A stretch of 54,248 bases of DNA from a virus (IMGVR_UViG_3300042695_000876:1-54248); one strand, 5' to 3'. Shown: positions 18,597-27,680, counted from the first letter of the stretch. Notes: generated by a model not told the origin, from the sequence alone. Made by a program: numbers and translations.

Positions 18597-19016
18597 ATGA
18601 GTAAGATTAAAAAAGCTTTTTGGTTTACTCTTGGAATTATATTATTAGGAGTAGCATATCTAGGTGTTCTTATTCCTGGTCTTCCGTGGAGTACACCAGT
18701 TCTAGGAGCTGCGTTTTGTTTTGCTAAGTCAAGTGAAAAGTTTCATAATTGGATTATGAATCATAAAACTTTTGGGCCGTTCATTAAAGAATGGTCTACA
18801 TATAGAGTGTATCCTAATAAAGCAAAATATCTTATGGTAATAGTGATGACTATTTCTCTTACTATTATGCTATTGACAACTGGCAATTTTATGGCTACAA
18901 TGTATCTTCTTATATTGTTCTCCGTAATTGTAGCTTGGGCAAGCAGATATCCAGGATCAAAAGAAGAAGCCGAGCGCAGAATTGCTGCTGGAGAGAAGAT
19001 CGGCTGGCTTAAATAA
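18597..19016 (+). CDS. ybaN: YbaN/DUF454 family inner-membrane protein
   Basis: LG..GV.IPGLP.STP.L.AAFCFAKSS.KFH.W..NH..FGP pattern; AAGGA RBS. Confidence 0.85.
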   Translation: MSKIKKAFWFTLGIILLGVAYLGVLIPGLPWSTPVLGAAFCFAKSSEKFHNWIMNHKTFGPFIKEWSTYRVYPNKAKYLMVIVMTISLTIMLLTTGNFMATMYLLILFSVIVAWASRYPGSKEEAERRIAAGEKIGWLK

Positions 19017-19019
19017 ATA
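19012..19019 (+). promoter_or_regulatory. Late promoter variant
   Basis: AATAAATA 34 nt before ATG 19053. Confidence 0.45.
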
Positions 19020-19052
19020 AAACTATATAATGCTTTTGATGAAGGAGTTGTA

Positions 19053-20078
19053 ATGTCAAAGAAAATTCTTATTACCGGTGGTGCAGGTTTTATTGCTCAC
19101 CATCTTATTGGTCAGATCCTTAAGAGAACTGACTGGGAAATTGTCACCGTAGATCGTTTAGATTATAGCGGTAATCTCAATCGTTTGGCAGATATTCTTC
19201 AAGATTACTCTCCTTCTGAAAAGAAAAGAGTTCGTACAATCTATCATGATTTAAAGGCTGAATTTAATCCAATGCTTCTTGCAGATATTGGAAAAGTAGA
19301 TATCATTGCACACCTAGCCGCTGGTTCACACGTGGATCGCTCTATTGAACGTCCTATGGAATTTGTTATGGACAATGTGGTCGGCACCTGTAACGTCCTT
19401 GAGATGGCTCGTAAGCAGGATAACTTAGAACGTTTCCTTTACTTTTCTACAGACGAAGTTTTTGGCCCTGCTCCAGATGGTGTTAAGTACGATGAGTATG
19501 ATCGTTACAACTCAACGAATCCGTACTCAGCATCTAAAGCTGGTGGCGAAGAACTTGCAGTAGCATTCCAGAACACATATCATATGCCGATCTATATTAC
19601 ACATACTATGAATGTGTTTGGACAGAGACAACACCCCGAGAAGTTTATTCCTATGACTATTCGTAATGTTCGTGATGGAAAAACTGTAACAATCCATTCT
19701 GATGCTACTAAAACTATTCCAGGTTCAAGACATTACATCCACGCAGAAGATGTTGCTGATGCATCGTTGTTCTTGCTTGAAAATAATAGAACGCTTGATA
19801 TGTCTAACAACACTGGAATTAAATGCCCTAAGTTTAATATCTGCGGAGCAACAGAACTGAATAACTTAGAACTAGCACAAATGATTGCCAACGCTCAAGG
19901 AAAGGAACTCAAATATGAATTCATGGATTTCCATAGTAGCCGTCCTGGCCACGATCTCCGTTATGCTCTATCTGGTGAACGAATGGCAAATATGGGATGG
20001 ACTCCAAAGCCTGTCGAAGATAGAATTAACGAAGTAGTTCATTGGACTTTAGAAAATAGAAGGTGGTTAGACGTATGA
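19053..20078 (+). CDS. rmlB: dTDP-glucose 4,6-dehydratase-like NAD-dependent epimerase/dehydratase
   Basis: ITGGAGFI, HLAAGSHVDRS, STDEVFG, PYSASK, HPEKFIP, RPGHDLRY. Confidence 0.88.
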   Translation: MSKKILITGGAGFIAHHLIGQILKRTDWEIVTVDRLDYSGNLNRLADILQDYSPSEKKRVRTIYHDLKAEFNPMLLADIGKVDIIAHLAAGSHVDRSIERPMEFVMDNVVGTCNVLEMARKQDNLERFLYFSTDEVFGPAPDGVKYDEYDRYNSTNPYSASKAGGEELAVAFQNTYHMPIYITHTMNVFGQRQHPEKFIPMTIRNVRDGKTVTIHSDATKTIPGSRHYIHAEDVADASLFLLENNRTLDMSNNTGIKCPKFNICGATELNNLELAQMIANAQGKELKYEFMDFHSSRPGHDLRYALSGERMANMGWTPKPVEDRINEVVHWTLENRRWLDV

Positions 20079-20638
20079 ATTTCCAAGACATAATTGATTT
20101 AGAATATGAAAAGTGCAAGAGTGCGAAGTCTGATATTAGTGAGCACATACAACTTCTATATGAACTAGCTTCTGAGTGCGATCACGTTACAGAAATGGGT
20201 GTTCGTTTTGGTGACAGCACTCGTGCTTTTCTTAAGTCTGGTGTAATTTTAAGGTCATATGATATTCAGCTTGACGATAAAGTTACAGCATTATTCAAAA
20301 GAGCAGATAATGCTGGTCTTGATGTAAAGTATATTAAAGCAGATGTGCGTCAAATTGAGATTGAAGAAACAGATTTTCTCTTTATTGATACTTGGCACTC
20401 GTATCCACAATTAAAACAAGAACTACATCTTCATGGAAACAAAGCTCGAAAGTATCTTGCTTTTCATGATACATGGACATACGGTGTAAAAGACGAGAGT
20501 TGGGATAAAAATAAAACTCCAGTAGGAACAGAAGGATTACTCCCAGCAATCATTCGTTTCATGATCGATAATCCTCACTGGAAATTTAAAGAATTTAGAA
20601 CAAATAATAACGGGCTTACGGTACTAGAGAGAGGTTGA
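20075..20638 (+). CDS. Class I SAM-dependent methyltransferase
   Basis: SDISEH, VTEMGVRFGDST, DFLFIDTWH, FHDT, NNGL motifs. Confidence 0.75.
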   Translation: MNFQDIIDLEYEKCKSAKSDISEHIQLLYELASECDHVTEMGVRFGDSTRAFLKSGVILRSYDIQLDDKVTALFKRADNAGLDVKYIKADVRQIEIEETDFLFIDTWHSYPQLKQELHLHGNKARKYLAFHDTWTYGVKDESWDKNKTPVGTEGLLPAIIRFMIDNPHWKFKEFRTNNNGLTVLERG

Positions 20639-20639
20639 T

Positions 20640-22208
20640 ATGGCTATTGTAGATTGCTTTCCATTTTTTGCTCCATATGGAGAGGAACTTCTTTACCTTC
20701 GAGTAAATCTTTTGAAGGACTATGTAGATAAGTTTATTATTGTAGAGTCAGATAAGACTCATAGTGGTAAACCTGTCGAAAGAAAGTTTATGGAGATTGC
20801 TCGTAATCAAGGTCTTCCTATTGAGAAGATCATTTACATCGAGCATGATATTCCAGAAACAGAACATCTTCAAATCAGAGACGTTGATCGCTATAACGCT
20901 GGTGTGAATGTTCATAATGAAGCATCTCTTTATGCAAGAGTTCGTGAACGTCTTCAAAAAGATGCTGTAATGCAAGCTATGCATCAATTTAAAAACGACG
21001 ATGTTTTCATCTATGGTGACGCTGACGAGATTATCAATCCAAAGAATATTCAGTGGGTTGCGAATATTGCTCGAAATAACCAGAATGCAATCATTAAGAT
21101 TCCTCTTGTTTATTTACAAGGAAGAGCTGATCTTCGTATTCACCACCAAACTGGTGAGCCGGTTGTCTGGTGGAAAGCTATGTTCTTTGCTACGAAGTCT
21201 CAGATTATGCAGCACACCGTGAATAACATTCGATGTGGTAATATTCCACATAAGGTGACGTGGCCTACACACGGTGGTAAGATAATTCAAGACATGGGCT
21301 GGCACTTTGCTTGGATGGGTAACAAAGAACAAAGACAAGCTAAGGCAGACTCGTTTGCTCATGCTCATGACAGCTTCAAGTTCCTTGGAGAAGTCGGAAG
21401 CTATAGTAAGTACAAATCATTTGTAGACGCAAGTCAATTGGCTGAAGGTGGTATTGCTCCCGATGGTAATACTGATCATATCCTAAAGCGTTATCCTTTT
21501 GAAGAATTGCCTCAGCTTATCTTCGAAACTCCTTTCGTAAAAGAATTCTTGCTTCCAGAAGTTGATATGGCACAGGACTACGCTTTTAATGATTGTAATT
21601 GTTATTGGTGCCAAAAGCTCAGCTTCCCTCTTCTATATGATCTTGATGGAGAGAAGAACTGGTTTGAAGTTCCAAGAAGTTGCTCTGTAACTATTAAGGA
21701 ATCATTTCCAAACAAAGCTCAAGTTATGAGAAACACCAGAAAATACAGAACAATTTCTGAGACTGACAAACCTATTGTTATCTTTAGTGATCCACTTGAA
21801 AGATTTATTTCTCTTATCAATGTGTACCTTGTTGATAAGCAAAGATACCACGGATATGGTAAAGATATTTTCACGACCTTCGCAAAAGATTTAGATTCGT
21901 GCACTAAAGAAGAAAAGATCGACTTGTTCTTTAGAAATCTAAACAAGATTAACTCTAATCACCAAGTTCACCATTTCCACCCGCAATGCAGATTTGTTGA
22001 TACCGAAAACTTTGAAGAGTTTACTATTGTAAAGAGAGAAGATGTAAACGAATTCTTTGGTATCAATAGAAAACTTAATGAGACAAAGAAAGAGATTACT
22101 CTAGATGATTTCAGTGAAGAACAGATTGAGTTTATTAAGAGAGCTTATAAGAGCGATTACGAATTCATTGAACAATACAGTGATATGATATGGCAAAATT
22201 CAAAGTAA
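20640..22208 (+). CDS. GT17-like glycosyltransferase fused to a C-terminal sulfotransferase-like domain
   Basis: DCFPFF..E..L..R, VDKFIIVES..THSG, GDADEI, GWHFAW (GT17); WFEVPRSCSVTIK, FSDPLERFIS, HFHPQ, YKSDY (Sulfotransfer_2-like). Confidence 0.7.
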   Translation: MAIVDCFPFFAPYGEELLYLRVNLLKDYVDKFIIVESDKTHSGKPVERKFMEIARNQGLPIEKIIYIEHDIPETEHLQIRDVDRYNAGVNVHNEASLYARVRERLQKDAVMQAMHQFKNDDVFIYGDADEIINPKNIQWVANIARNNQNAIIKIPLVYLQGRADLRIHHQTGEPVVWWKAMFFATKSQIMQHTVNNIRCGNIPHKVTWPTHGGKIIQDMGWHFAWMGNKEQRQAKADSFAHAHDSFKFLGEVGSYSKYKSFVDASQLAEGGIAPDGNTDHILKRYPFEELPQLIFETPFVKEFLLPEVDMAQDYAFNDCNCYWCQKLSFPLLYDLDGEKNWFEVPRSCSVTIKESFPNKAQVMRNTRKYRTISETDKPIVIFSDPLERFISLINVYLVDKQRYHGYGKDIFTTFAKDLDSCTKEEKIDLFFRNLNKINSNHQVHHFHPQCRFVDTENFEEFTIVKREDVNEFFGINRKLNETKKEITLDDFSEEQIEFIKRAYKSDYEFIEQYSDMIWQNSK

Positions 22209-22432
22209 ACGAAAGAACTGTCGATGGTCTTTATCTTGAGATTGACCATCATAAGAAAGAAAAAATAGATATCCTCAGAGAAAATGATTCTCTGAGGAGA
22301 CAAAACACGATGTTGATCGATTCTCTAGAGGCTCTTGTAAGTGAGAAAAGCTTTTGGTCTCAAGAAGCTCTTACTACAGGGATCGTCTGGAGGCTCGAAA
22401 ACGTTTTAAATCAAATCAAAAATGATAGTTGA
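22190..22432 (+). CDS. Hypothetical protein
   Basis: ORF track; overlaps the previous stop. Confidence 0.5.
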   Translation: MAKFKVNERTVDGLYLEIDHHKKEKIDILRENDSLRRQNTMLIDSLEALVSEKSFWSQEALTTGIVWRLENVLNQIKNDS

Positions 22433-22456
22433 CATTTTCAACTTATGATATATACT
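22429..22456 (+). promoter_or_regulatory. Sigma70-type early promoter
   Basis: TTGACA-N16-TATACT. Confidence 0.7.
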
Positions 22457-22482
22457 AGTATAGTATAAAAAAAGAGGCAGGA

Positions 22483-22992
22483 ATGAAAAAACTATTATTG
22501 TTGGCTACGGCTGTAGCCTACGTAGCAGGTGCGTCTGCAGCATTTGCTCAAGAATCTGATCAAACAGATGTTATCGAAAATTACAAGCAAGCGCATTGCC
22601 TTGCTCAAAACATTTATTTCGAAGCACGGGGAAGCAATTTCGCAGACAAAGTCTCAGTAGCAGATGTTGTTCTCAATCGTGCTCGAGATAGCAGATATCC
22701 AAACACCCCATGTGAAGTTATTAGCCAAGGCTTCGTAGATTCGTCTGGTAACATGGTTCGGAATCAATGTCAATTTTCTTGGTACTGTGATGGTAAGTCT
22801 GATGTTCCTGAAGACGAAACAGCTTGGGAAGAAGCCATGCTTATCGCGTGGAATATGGTTCATCATGGCCGCTATCGTGGTCTCACTGAAGGAGCCACTC
22901 ACTACCACGCCACATATGTAAAACCAGGATGGGCTAGTGATTTTCAACTTGTTGGTAGGATCGGAGATCACGTTTACTATCGTCAAGAATAA
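22483..22992 (+). CDS. Cell wall hydrolase, SleB/Hydrolase_2 family, with signal peptide
   Basis: CLAQNIYFEARG, VVLNR, CQFSWYCDG, GATHYHA, IGDHVYY; N-terminal signal ending AFA. Confidence 0.9.
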   Translation: MKKLLLLATAVAYVAGASAAFAQESDQTDVIENYKQAHCLAQNIYFEARGSNFADKVSVADVVLNRARDSRYPNTPCEVISQGFVDSSGNMVRNQCQFSWYCDGKSDVPEDETAWEEAMLIAWNMVHHGRYRGLTEGATHYHATYVKPGWASDFQLVGRIGDHVYYRQE

Positions 22993-22993
22993 G

Positions 22994-23022
22994 TTGACAT
23001 TTCGAAAAAGATGTGATACTAT
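22994..23022 (+). promoter_or_regulatory. Sigma70-type early promoter
   Basis: TTGACA-N17-TACTAT. Confidence 0.6.
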
Positions 23023-23051
23023 ACATTATATACAACGTGAAAAGGTGAAAA

Positions 23052-23495
23052 ATGAACATCCACCATCGTCCTATTTTTGATACCGAAGCGATTATCAAAC
23101 ACTATTCTGAAAAAGATGGTGTTCCTGTAAAGTACATCTGCACTTCTGCTGTTCAGCCAGGTGCAGCGTTTGCTGCTGACATCTTCTATCGTGATACTCC
23201 TCACCCAGAATTTGGCAATCGTTACTTCGGCTTGTATGTTAATCCACATGCAGACTACGCTCAGGTTATGATTACAAACGCCGATAAGGTAGAGTCTGCA
23301 AACTTTGATATGGTTGATGTAGATGGAACTCTTCATTATAGCCAGCATCGTCATGATTTTTATTCTGTCGGCGATGTGTCTATTGACGGTGGTCGAGCAT
23401 ATCTTCGTCGTGTAGGTAACATTAATTATCCTGTTGTATCTCTACGTCTTAAGGACGGTGAATTTGTAATGAAAGAAGGAGACTCAGATGTCTGA
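23052..23495 (+). CDS. Conserved hypothetical phage protein
   Basis: YSQHRHDF...SIDGGRAYLRRVG motif; RBS. Confidence 0.65.
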   Translation: MNIHHRPIFDTEAIIKHYSEKDGVPVKYICTSAVQPGAAFAADIFYRDTPHPEFGNRYFGLYVNPHADYAQVMITNADKVESANFDMVDVDGTLHYSQHRHDFYSVGDVSIDGGRAYLRRVGNINYPVVSLRLKDGEFVMKEGDSDV

Positions 23496-23805
23496 TGAAC
23501 GTTATGTAGTTGTAACTTGTATCTCTAGTTTTCGCGAGCGCTATTGCATTCCCGTGAGTGAGTTGCAAAAGTTGAATGAAGACAAAGTCTTGTCTGCAGA
23601 AGAAGCGATTTCTTGGGCTCAAGATTCCGTTACTACGGAAGAAGTTAGAGAGTTTTCTCAACATTGGCTGGGTGAAACTATTCTTGATACGTTTGTTCTC
23701 GATAAAGAGCGTATGCTTGCTCTCTTTGATCGTGATAACGATTATCTTAAGAACTGGACTGAAGAGCAAAAGCTCAACTATGTTCATAAGTGGAAAGACA
23801 AATAA
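23488..23805 (+). CDS. Hypothetical protein
   Basis: GGAG RBS; EFSQHWLGETI motif. Confidence 0.65.
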   Translation: MSDERYVVVTCISSFRERYCIPVSELQKLNEDKVLSAEEAISWAQDSVTTEEVREFSQHWLGETILDTFVLDKERMLALFDRDNDYLKNWTEEQKLNYVHKWKDK

Positions 23806-24147
23806 ATGACTGCTTGGCCACGCGAATATACACCAGACAACTGGGTCATCATCAAAATTAAAGGTGATGACCCTCATTATCGTGTTCTTGCTGGTTGGTC
23901 TGGTGGTTATACCACTGGAGATAGCTGGCGCATGAATAGTGGAATTGTTCGAGTCGAAGAAGATAAAGAGTTTTTCCATTTTCACGGGTCGTCAGGATCA
24001 TGTTACCACTGCCATAAAGAATCTTATGGCCTTCGCATGAATAATGAACATGTGTGGCGTGCTACTCAAGCTCAGCATGGAGAAAAAGTTGAGCTTATGA
24101 AAGAGACACGCGATTGGTCAAGTATAGACTGGGTCATTAAAAAATGA
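23806..24147 (+). CDS. Conserved hypothetical protein (paralog of 33968-34291)
   Basis: YTPDNWV.IK.KGDDPHYRVLAGWSGGYTTGDSWRMNSGI is shared with 33968. Confidence 0.75.
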   Translation: MTAWPREYTPDNWVIIKIKGDDPHYRVLAGWSGGYTTGDSWRMNSGIVRVEEDKEFFHFHGSSGSCYHCHKESYGLRMNNEHVWRATQAQHGEKVELMKETRDWSSIDWVIKK

Positions 24148-24905
24148 AAATCTTAATCTGTGGATACGGCTTTGTGGGTAAAGTTCATGCTCTAGCCCTG
24201 TCTAACAAAGATCATGATATTCACATTTATGATCCAGCATACGACATCTATAAAGAGCGTTTGGCAAACCCGGACGCTGTTGTTATTTGTGTAAGTACAC
24301 CACAGGAAAAAGACGGTTCGTGCAATATTGCTAATGTGTATGAATGCATTGCAAGTATTGAAAACGATGAAGCTCCTATTCTAATCAAATCTACTATTAG
24401 TCTTGAGGGATGGAGACTTCTTTTAGAGGATTTTCCGAACAAAAAGATTAGTTTCTCTCCAGAGTTTTTACGAGCCGATTACGCTTGGGAAGATTTCAAA
24501 AAGCAAGAAGTAGTTTATATTGGTGGCGGAGACAATATTTTCTGGGCATCGCTTATTTCTATATTCCTTGGTGTAAAAGTTCAATGTGCAGATCCCGAGT
24601 CTTTGATTTTGGCTAAATACTTTCGTAACAGTTTTCTTGCTACAAAGGTTGCCTTCTTTAATCAAATCGAAGATCTTTGTAACAAGGCAGGAGTTGACGG
24701 AGACAAAGTTTGTGATATTGTAACTGCTGATCCACGTATAGGCGCAAGCCACAGCTATGTTTATCAAGATCATGAACGTGGTTTCGGCGGTCATTGTTTT
24801 CCAAAGGATACTTTAGCTTTGCTAAAAACCGGTGAAGAATATGATTACGATCTCACAATTCTAAGAGAAGCTGTTGCGTATAACAAAAAGCTTAGAGGAG
24901 AATAA
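24144..24905 (+). CDS. UDP-glucose/GDP-mannose dehydrogenase-like, lacking the C-terminal domain
   Basis: ICGYGFVG, ICVSTP, IKST, SPEFLR, KYFRNSFLATKVAFFN, GFGGHCFPKD; only 253 aa. Confidence 0.85.
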   Translation: MKILICGYGFVGKVHALALSNKDHDIHIYDPAYDIYKERLANPDAVVICVSTPQEKDGSCNIANVYECIASIENDEAPILIKSTISLEGWRLLLEDFPNKKISFSPEFLRADYAWEDFKKQEVVYIGGGDNIFWASLISIFLGVKVQCADPESLILAKYFRNSFLATKVAFFNQIEDLCNKAGVDGDKVCDIVTADPRIGASHSYVYQDHERGFGGHCFPKDTLALLKTGEEYDYDLTILREAVAYNKKLRGE

Positions 24906-24907
24906 TA

Positions 24908-25327
24908 ATGAAAGTAGGTATTACATTTAGTACGTTTGATCTGTTACACGCTGGCCACATCCAGATGCTCAGAGAGGCCAAGGAACATTGTGATTATTTG
25001 ATATGTGGCCTTCAATTAGATCCTTCTCTGGATCGTCCTGAGAAGAACTCTCCGGTACAAACTATTGTAGAACGATATACTCAACTCGCGGGTGTGAAGT
25101 ACGTTGATGAAATTATTCCTTACGCATCCGAAAAAGATGTAGAAGATATATTGACAATGTACCACATTGATGTTAGAATACTTGGAGATGAGTATAAAGA
25201 GAAGGATTTTACTGGCAAGGATATCTGTAAGAAGCGAGGTATCCAGCTGTATTTCAATAAACGTGACCATCGCTTCTCTTCTTCAGATTTACGCAAGCGA
25301 GTAGCAGAAAGACAGAACAATGGTTAG
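24908..25327 (+). CDS. tagD: Glycerol-3-phosphate cytidylyltransferase-like
   Basis: FDLLHAGH (HxGH), KYVDEIIPY, RDHRFSSS. Confidence 0.8.
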   Translation: MKVGITFSTFDLLHAGHIQMLREAKEHCDYLICGLQLDPSLDRPEKNSPVQTIVERYTQLAGVKYVDEIIPYASEKDVEDILTMYHIDVRILGDEYKEKDFTGKDICKKRGIQLYFNKRDHRFSSSDLRKRVAERQNNG

Positions 25328-25571
25328 TGTAAGAACTGTAACTGTAGATGTTGACGTCTACGTCGATGACATTCTTGATGATATTGACGATGATGATCTA
25401 ATTGGCGAACTTGAAAGTCGTGGTTATTATGTAGCTGAAGGAGATCATGATCCTCAAGTTTTTGATAAAGATGATTGGGAGAAGCTTGAAGAAATCTTAA
25501 ACAAGCTTCCTTATCATTGGGAAAATGAACAACTCCGTAAAAAAGTTATCGAAGCAAGGATGAAACGATAA
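25320..25571 (+). CDS. Hypothetical acidic protein
   Basis: ORF track; V.V.VD....DDL..ELESRG pattern. Confidence 0.6.
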   Translation: MVSVRTVTVDVDVYVDDILDDIDDDDLIGELESRGYYVAEGDHDPQVFDKDDWEKLEEILNKLPYHWENEQLRKKVIEARMKR

Positions 25572-25744
25572 TGTGGGCTCTTTTCGTAATTACAACGTTC
25601 GCAGAAATTGATGACGCTAAATACACACGTATTGCTACTTTTGAGAATCGGCATCACTGCACTATTGTACTAGAACATTTTTATGATGATAACGAACCGT
25701 TTCAAGATAACGAAACTGTAGAATGCTTAAAGGTAGATGAATGA
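25571..25744 (+). CDS. Small hypothetical protein (57 aa, not in ORF track)
   Basis: MWALFVIT...CLKVDE, translated by hand; fills the gap with coupled start/stop. Confidence 0.6.
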   Translation: MWALFVITTFAEIDDAKYTRIATFENRHHCTIVLEHFYDDNEPFQDNETVECLKVDE

Positions 25745-26445
25745 ACAAATTTATATTTGATGTAGATGGAACTCTAACACCAAGCCGTGGTAGAATTAAC
25801 GAAGACTTTAGTCTTTGGTTTACTCAGTTCTGCGTTACAAACGATGTTTATCTTGTGACTGGATCTGATTACGCTAAGACACAAGAACAGCTCGGCGATT
25901 ATCTTCTTCGTTGGCCTATCTTTGTTTACGGATGTTCTGGATCTGACGTGTGGGCTAAGGGCGAAAGAATTAGTACGAGCGAATGGAAAGCACCACATGC
26001 ATTATATGAATTAATGAATGGTTGGCTTCAAGCAAGTCGCTTTCCTTTGAGAACTGGAAATCACATTGAGCAAAGACCTGGCATGGTTAACTTTTCAATC
26101 GTTGGTAGAAATTGTACTCTTGGAGAGCGCAAGCTTTATGTTGCTTGGGACGAAGAGCATAGAGAAAGAGAATCAATAGCTCATATCATCAATATGAATT
26201 TTGATGGAATTACTGCTACGGTTGGTGGAGAAACTGGAATAGACATCCACCCAACTGGCTCAGACAAGAGCCAAATTCTTAAGCACTTTGATCTATCTAA
26301 AGACAAGATCATTTTCTTTGGTGATCGTATGGATCAAGGTGGTAATGATTATCCTCTTGCTAATGCTAATAAGACTGGTAAAAACTACCATGTGAAAGAT
26401 TGGAAACACACATGGGAAATTTTGAAGACGTATGACAATGTCTAA
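25741..26445 (+). CDS. HAD-IIB phosphomannomutase-like enzyme
   Basis: FDVDGTLTPSR, VTGSD, RTGNHIEQR.GM.NFSIVGR, GGETGIDI, FFGDRM..GGNDY. Confidence 0.85.
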   Translation: MNKFIFDVDGTLTPSRGRINEDFSLWFTQFCVTNDVYLVTGSDYAKTQEQLGDYLLRWPIFVYGCSGSDVWAKGERISTSEWKAPHALYELMNGWLQASRFPLRTGNHIEQRPGMVNFSIVGRNCTLGERKLYVAWDEEHRERESIAHIINMNFDGITATVGGETGIDIHPTGSDKSQILKHFDLSKDKIIFFGDRMDQGGNDYPLANANKTGKNYHVKDWKHTWEILKTYDNV

Positions 26446-26611
26446 ACCTTCATACATTAGACCATACCCAGACGTTACTCGCGTAGAGGTAATAGATAGC
26501 ACTGGCCGTGCTTATACACAATGGGATGTAAAAGACGTTCAGTTGTCTTTTCAAGATGAAGGCCGAACACTTAAAATTTTCTTGAAAAATGAGGAGAAAA
26601 CAAATGACTGA
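26438..26611 (+). CDS. Small conserved phage protein (57 aa, not in ORF track)
   Basis: VTRVEVID..GRAY...SFQDEGRTLKIF, translated by hand. Confidence 0.65.
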   Translation: MSKPSYIRPYPDVTRVEVIDSTGRAYTQWDVKDVQLSFQDEGRTLKIFLKNEEKTND

Positions 26612-26729
26612 TCAACAACTAGTAAATCGTATTCTAGATACTGCGCGTCAGTATGAACAGAATTATCCTAAAGTTGCTGCTGAACTTCGTGACGCTGCAG
26701 CCCGTCTCAAGGAATTGGCAGGTATCTAA
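26604..26729 (+). CDS. Small hypothetical protein (41 aa, not in ORF track)
   Basis: GAGGAG RBS; MTDQQLVNR...RLKELAGI. Confidence 0.6.
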   Translation: MTDQQLVNRILDTARQYEQNYPKVAAELRDAAARLKELAGI

Positions 26730-27116
26730 ATGCCAGATGAGAGAGAAAAGGCTATGATTGATCTGGCTGAAACCCAGAAGATTTTTGATGAAATCGAAAA
26801 AGAATATGATGCTGAGGCAAATTCTTTCTGGGATGGTCTCTCTCAAGACGACAAGCAAAGAGCTTTCTACTCTGTATTAAAGCGTCTTGTGCAAGGCGAG
26901 CTTCGCGATCGTGGATCATATCGTTATGTTCTATATGATGTGTTTGGATTTGATTCCGATTCTTATTTCATGGGTATGAATTGTGGTTATATGGAACTAC
27001 ATAACAGCATCTATACTCAACAGGAGATGAGAGAACTTCGTGATCGTGAACTCGCTGCTGCAGGCATCGAAGTGAAGACGAAAAAAATAGTGAAAAAAAG
27101 TGAAAATGATGGTTGA
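26730..27116 (+). CDS. Conserved hypothetical phage protein
   Basis: GSYRYVLYDVFGF..DSY..G..CGYMELHN motif. Confidence 0.65.
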   Translation: MPDEREKAMIDLAETQKIFDEIEKEYDAEANSFWDGLSQDDKQRAFYSVLKRLVQGELRDRGSYRYVLYDVFGFDSDSYFMGMNCGYMELHNSIYTQQEMRELRDRELAAAGIEVKTKKIVKKSENDG

Positions 27117-27163
27117 CATTTCTTCTGGAATGATTATATTAATAATATAAGGAATGAAAAGGA
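27081..27163 (+). promoter_or_regulatory. Early promoter cassette (A-tract, -35, -10, RBS)
   Basis: GTTGACATTTCTTCTGGAATGATTATATTAATAATATAAG; 38/40 identical to the copies at 32204 and 53664. Confidence 0.85.
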
Positions 27164-27171
27164 AGACAACC

Positions 27172-27429
27172 GTGACCAAGTTCATCAAATCAAACTTCGT
27201 TACTTCCGGTGAATATGTTAAGTACAACGGTGAATTCGTAGCTCGTTTCAAGCACAAAGGTCCTCATACTAAAGCAAAGTTCCTCAAAGAACTTATCGCT
27301 AATCATACGGTAGAAGGTTACTTTGCTGAGATGAAAAAAGGTAAAGCTCCTCTCGCAATCCTTCGCGACGCTAACGAAGACTGGTACTACGGTATCCTCG
27401 AAGCTTTCAGTGGCCGTTCTTTCCGCTAG
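27172..27429 (+). CDS. Conserved hypothetical early protein
   Basis: GTG start after an AAAGGA RBS; FVARFK...FLK.LI.N.TVE.YF...APL.IL. Confidence 0.65.
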   Translation: MTKFIKSNFVTSGEYVKYNGEFVARFKHKGPHTKAKFLKELIANHTVEGYFAEMKKGKAPLAILRDANEDWYYGILEAFSGRSFR

Positions 27430-27438
27430 GAGAAAAGC

Positions 27439-27627
27439 ATGAACAAATACGCTCAAGAGATCCTTAACCGTTTTGGTCAGAAAATGCTCTCGGTAATCGA
27501 AAGTGATTTTCCGACTGGCTTTCACATCGTAGGCGGTGACGCTGACATTGTGATTGTAGGTAATAAGTCTATGAACCGCTCATATTCTAGGAAAAATCTC
27601 CGTGTAAAGGAAACGGTGCGTTTTTAA
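27439..27627 (+). CDS. Hypothetical protein
   Basis: AGGAG RBS; ORF track. Confidence 0.55.
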   Translation: MNKYAQEILNRFGQKMLSVIESDFPTGFHIVGGDADIVIVGNKSMNRSYSRKNLRVKETVRF

Positions 27628-27628
27628 G

Positions 27629-27657
27629 TTGACAATCGTACTGAGTTGGTTTATTTT
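27629..27657 (+). promoter_or_regulatory. Sigma70-type early promoter
   Basis: TTGACA-N17-TATTTT followed by the GAACGAAAGGAAA RBS block. Confidence 0.55.
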
Positions 27658-27680
27658 GATAATGAACGAAAGGAAACAGT

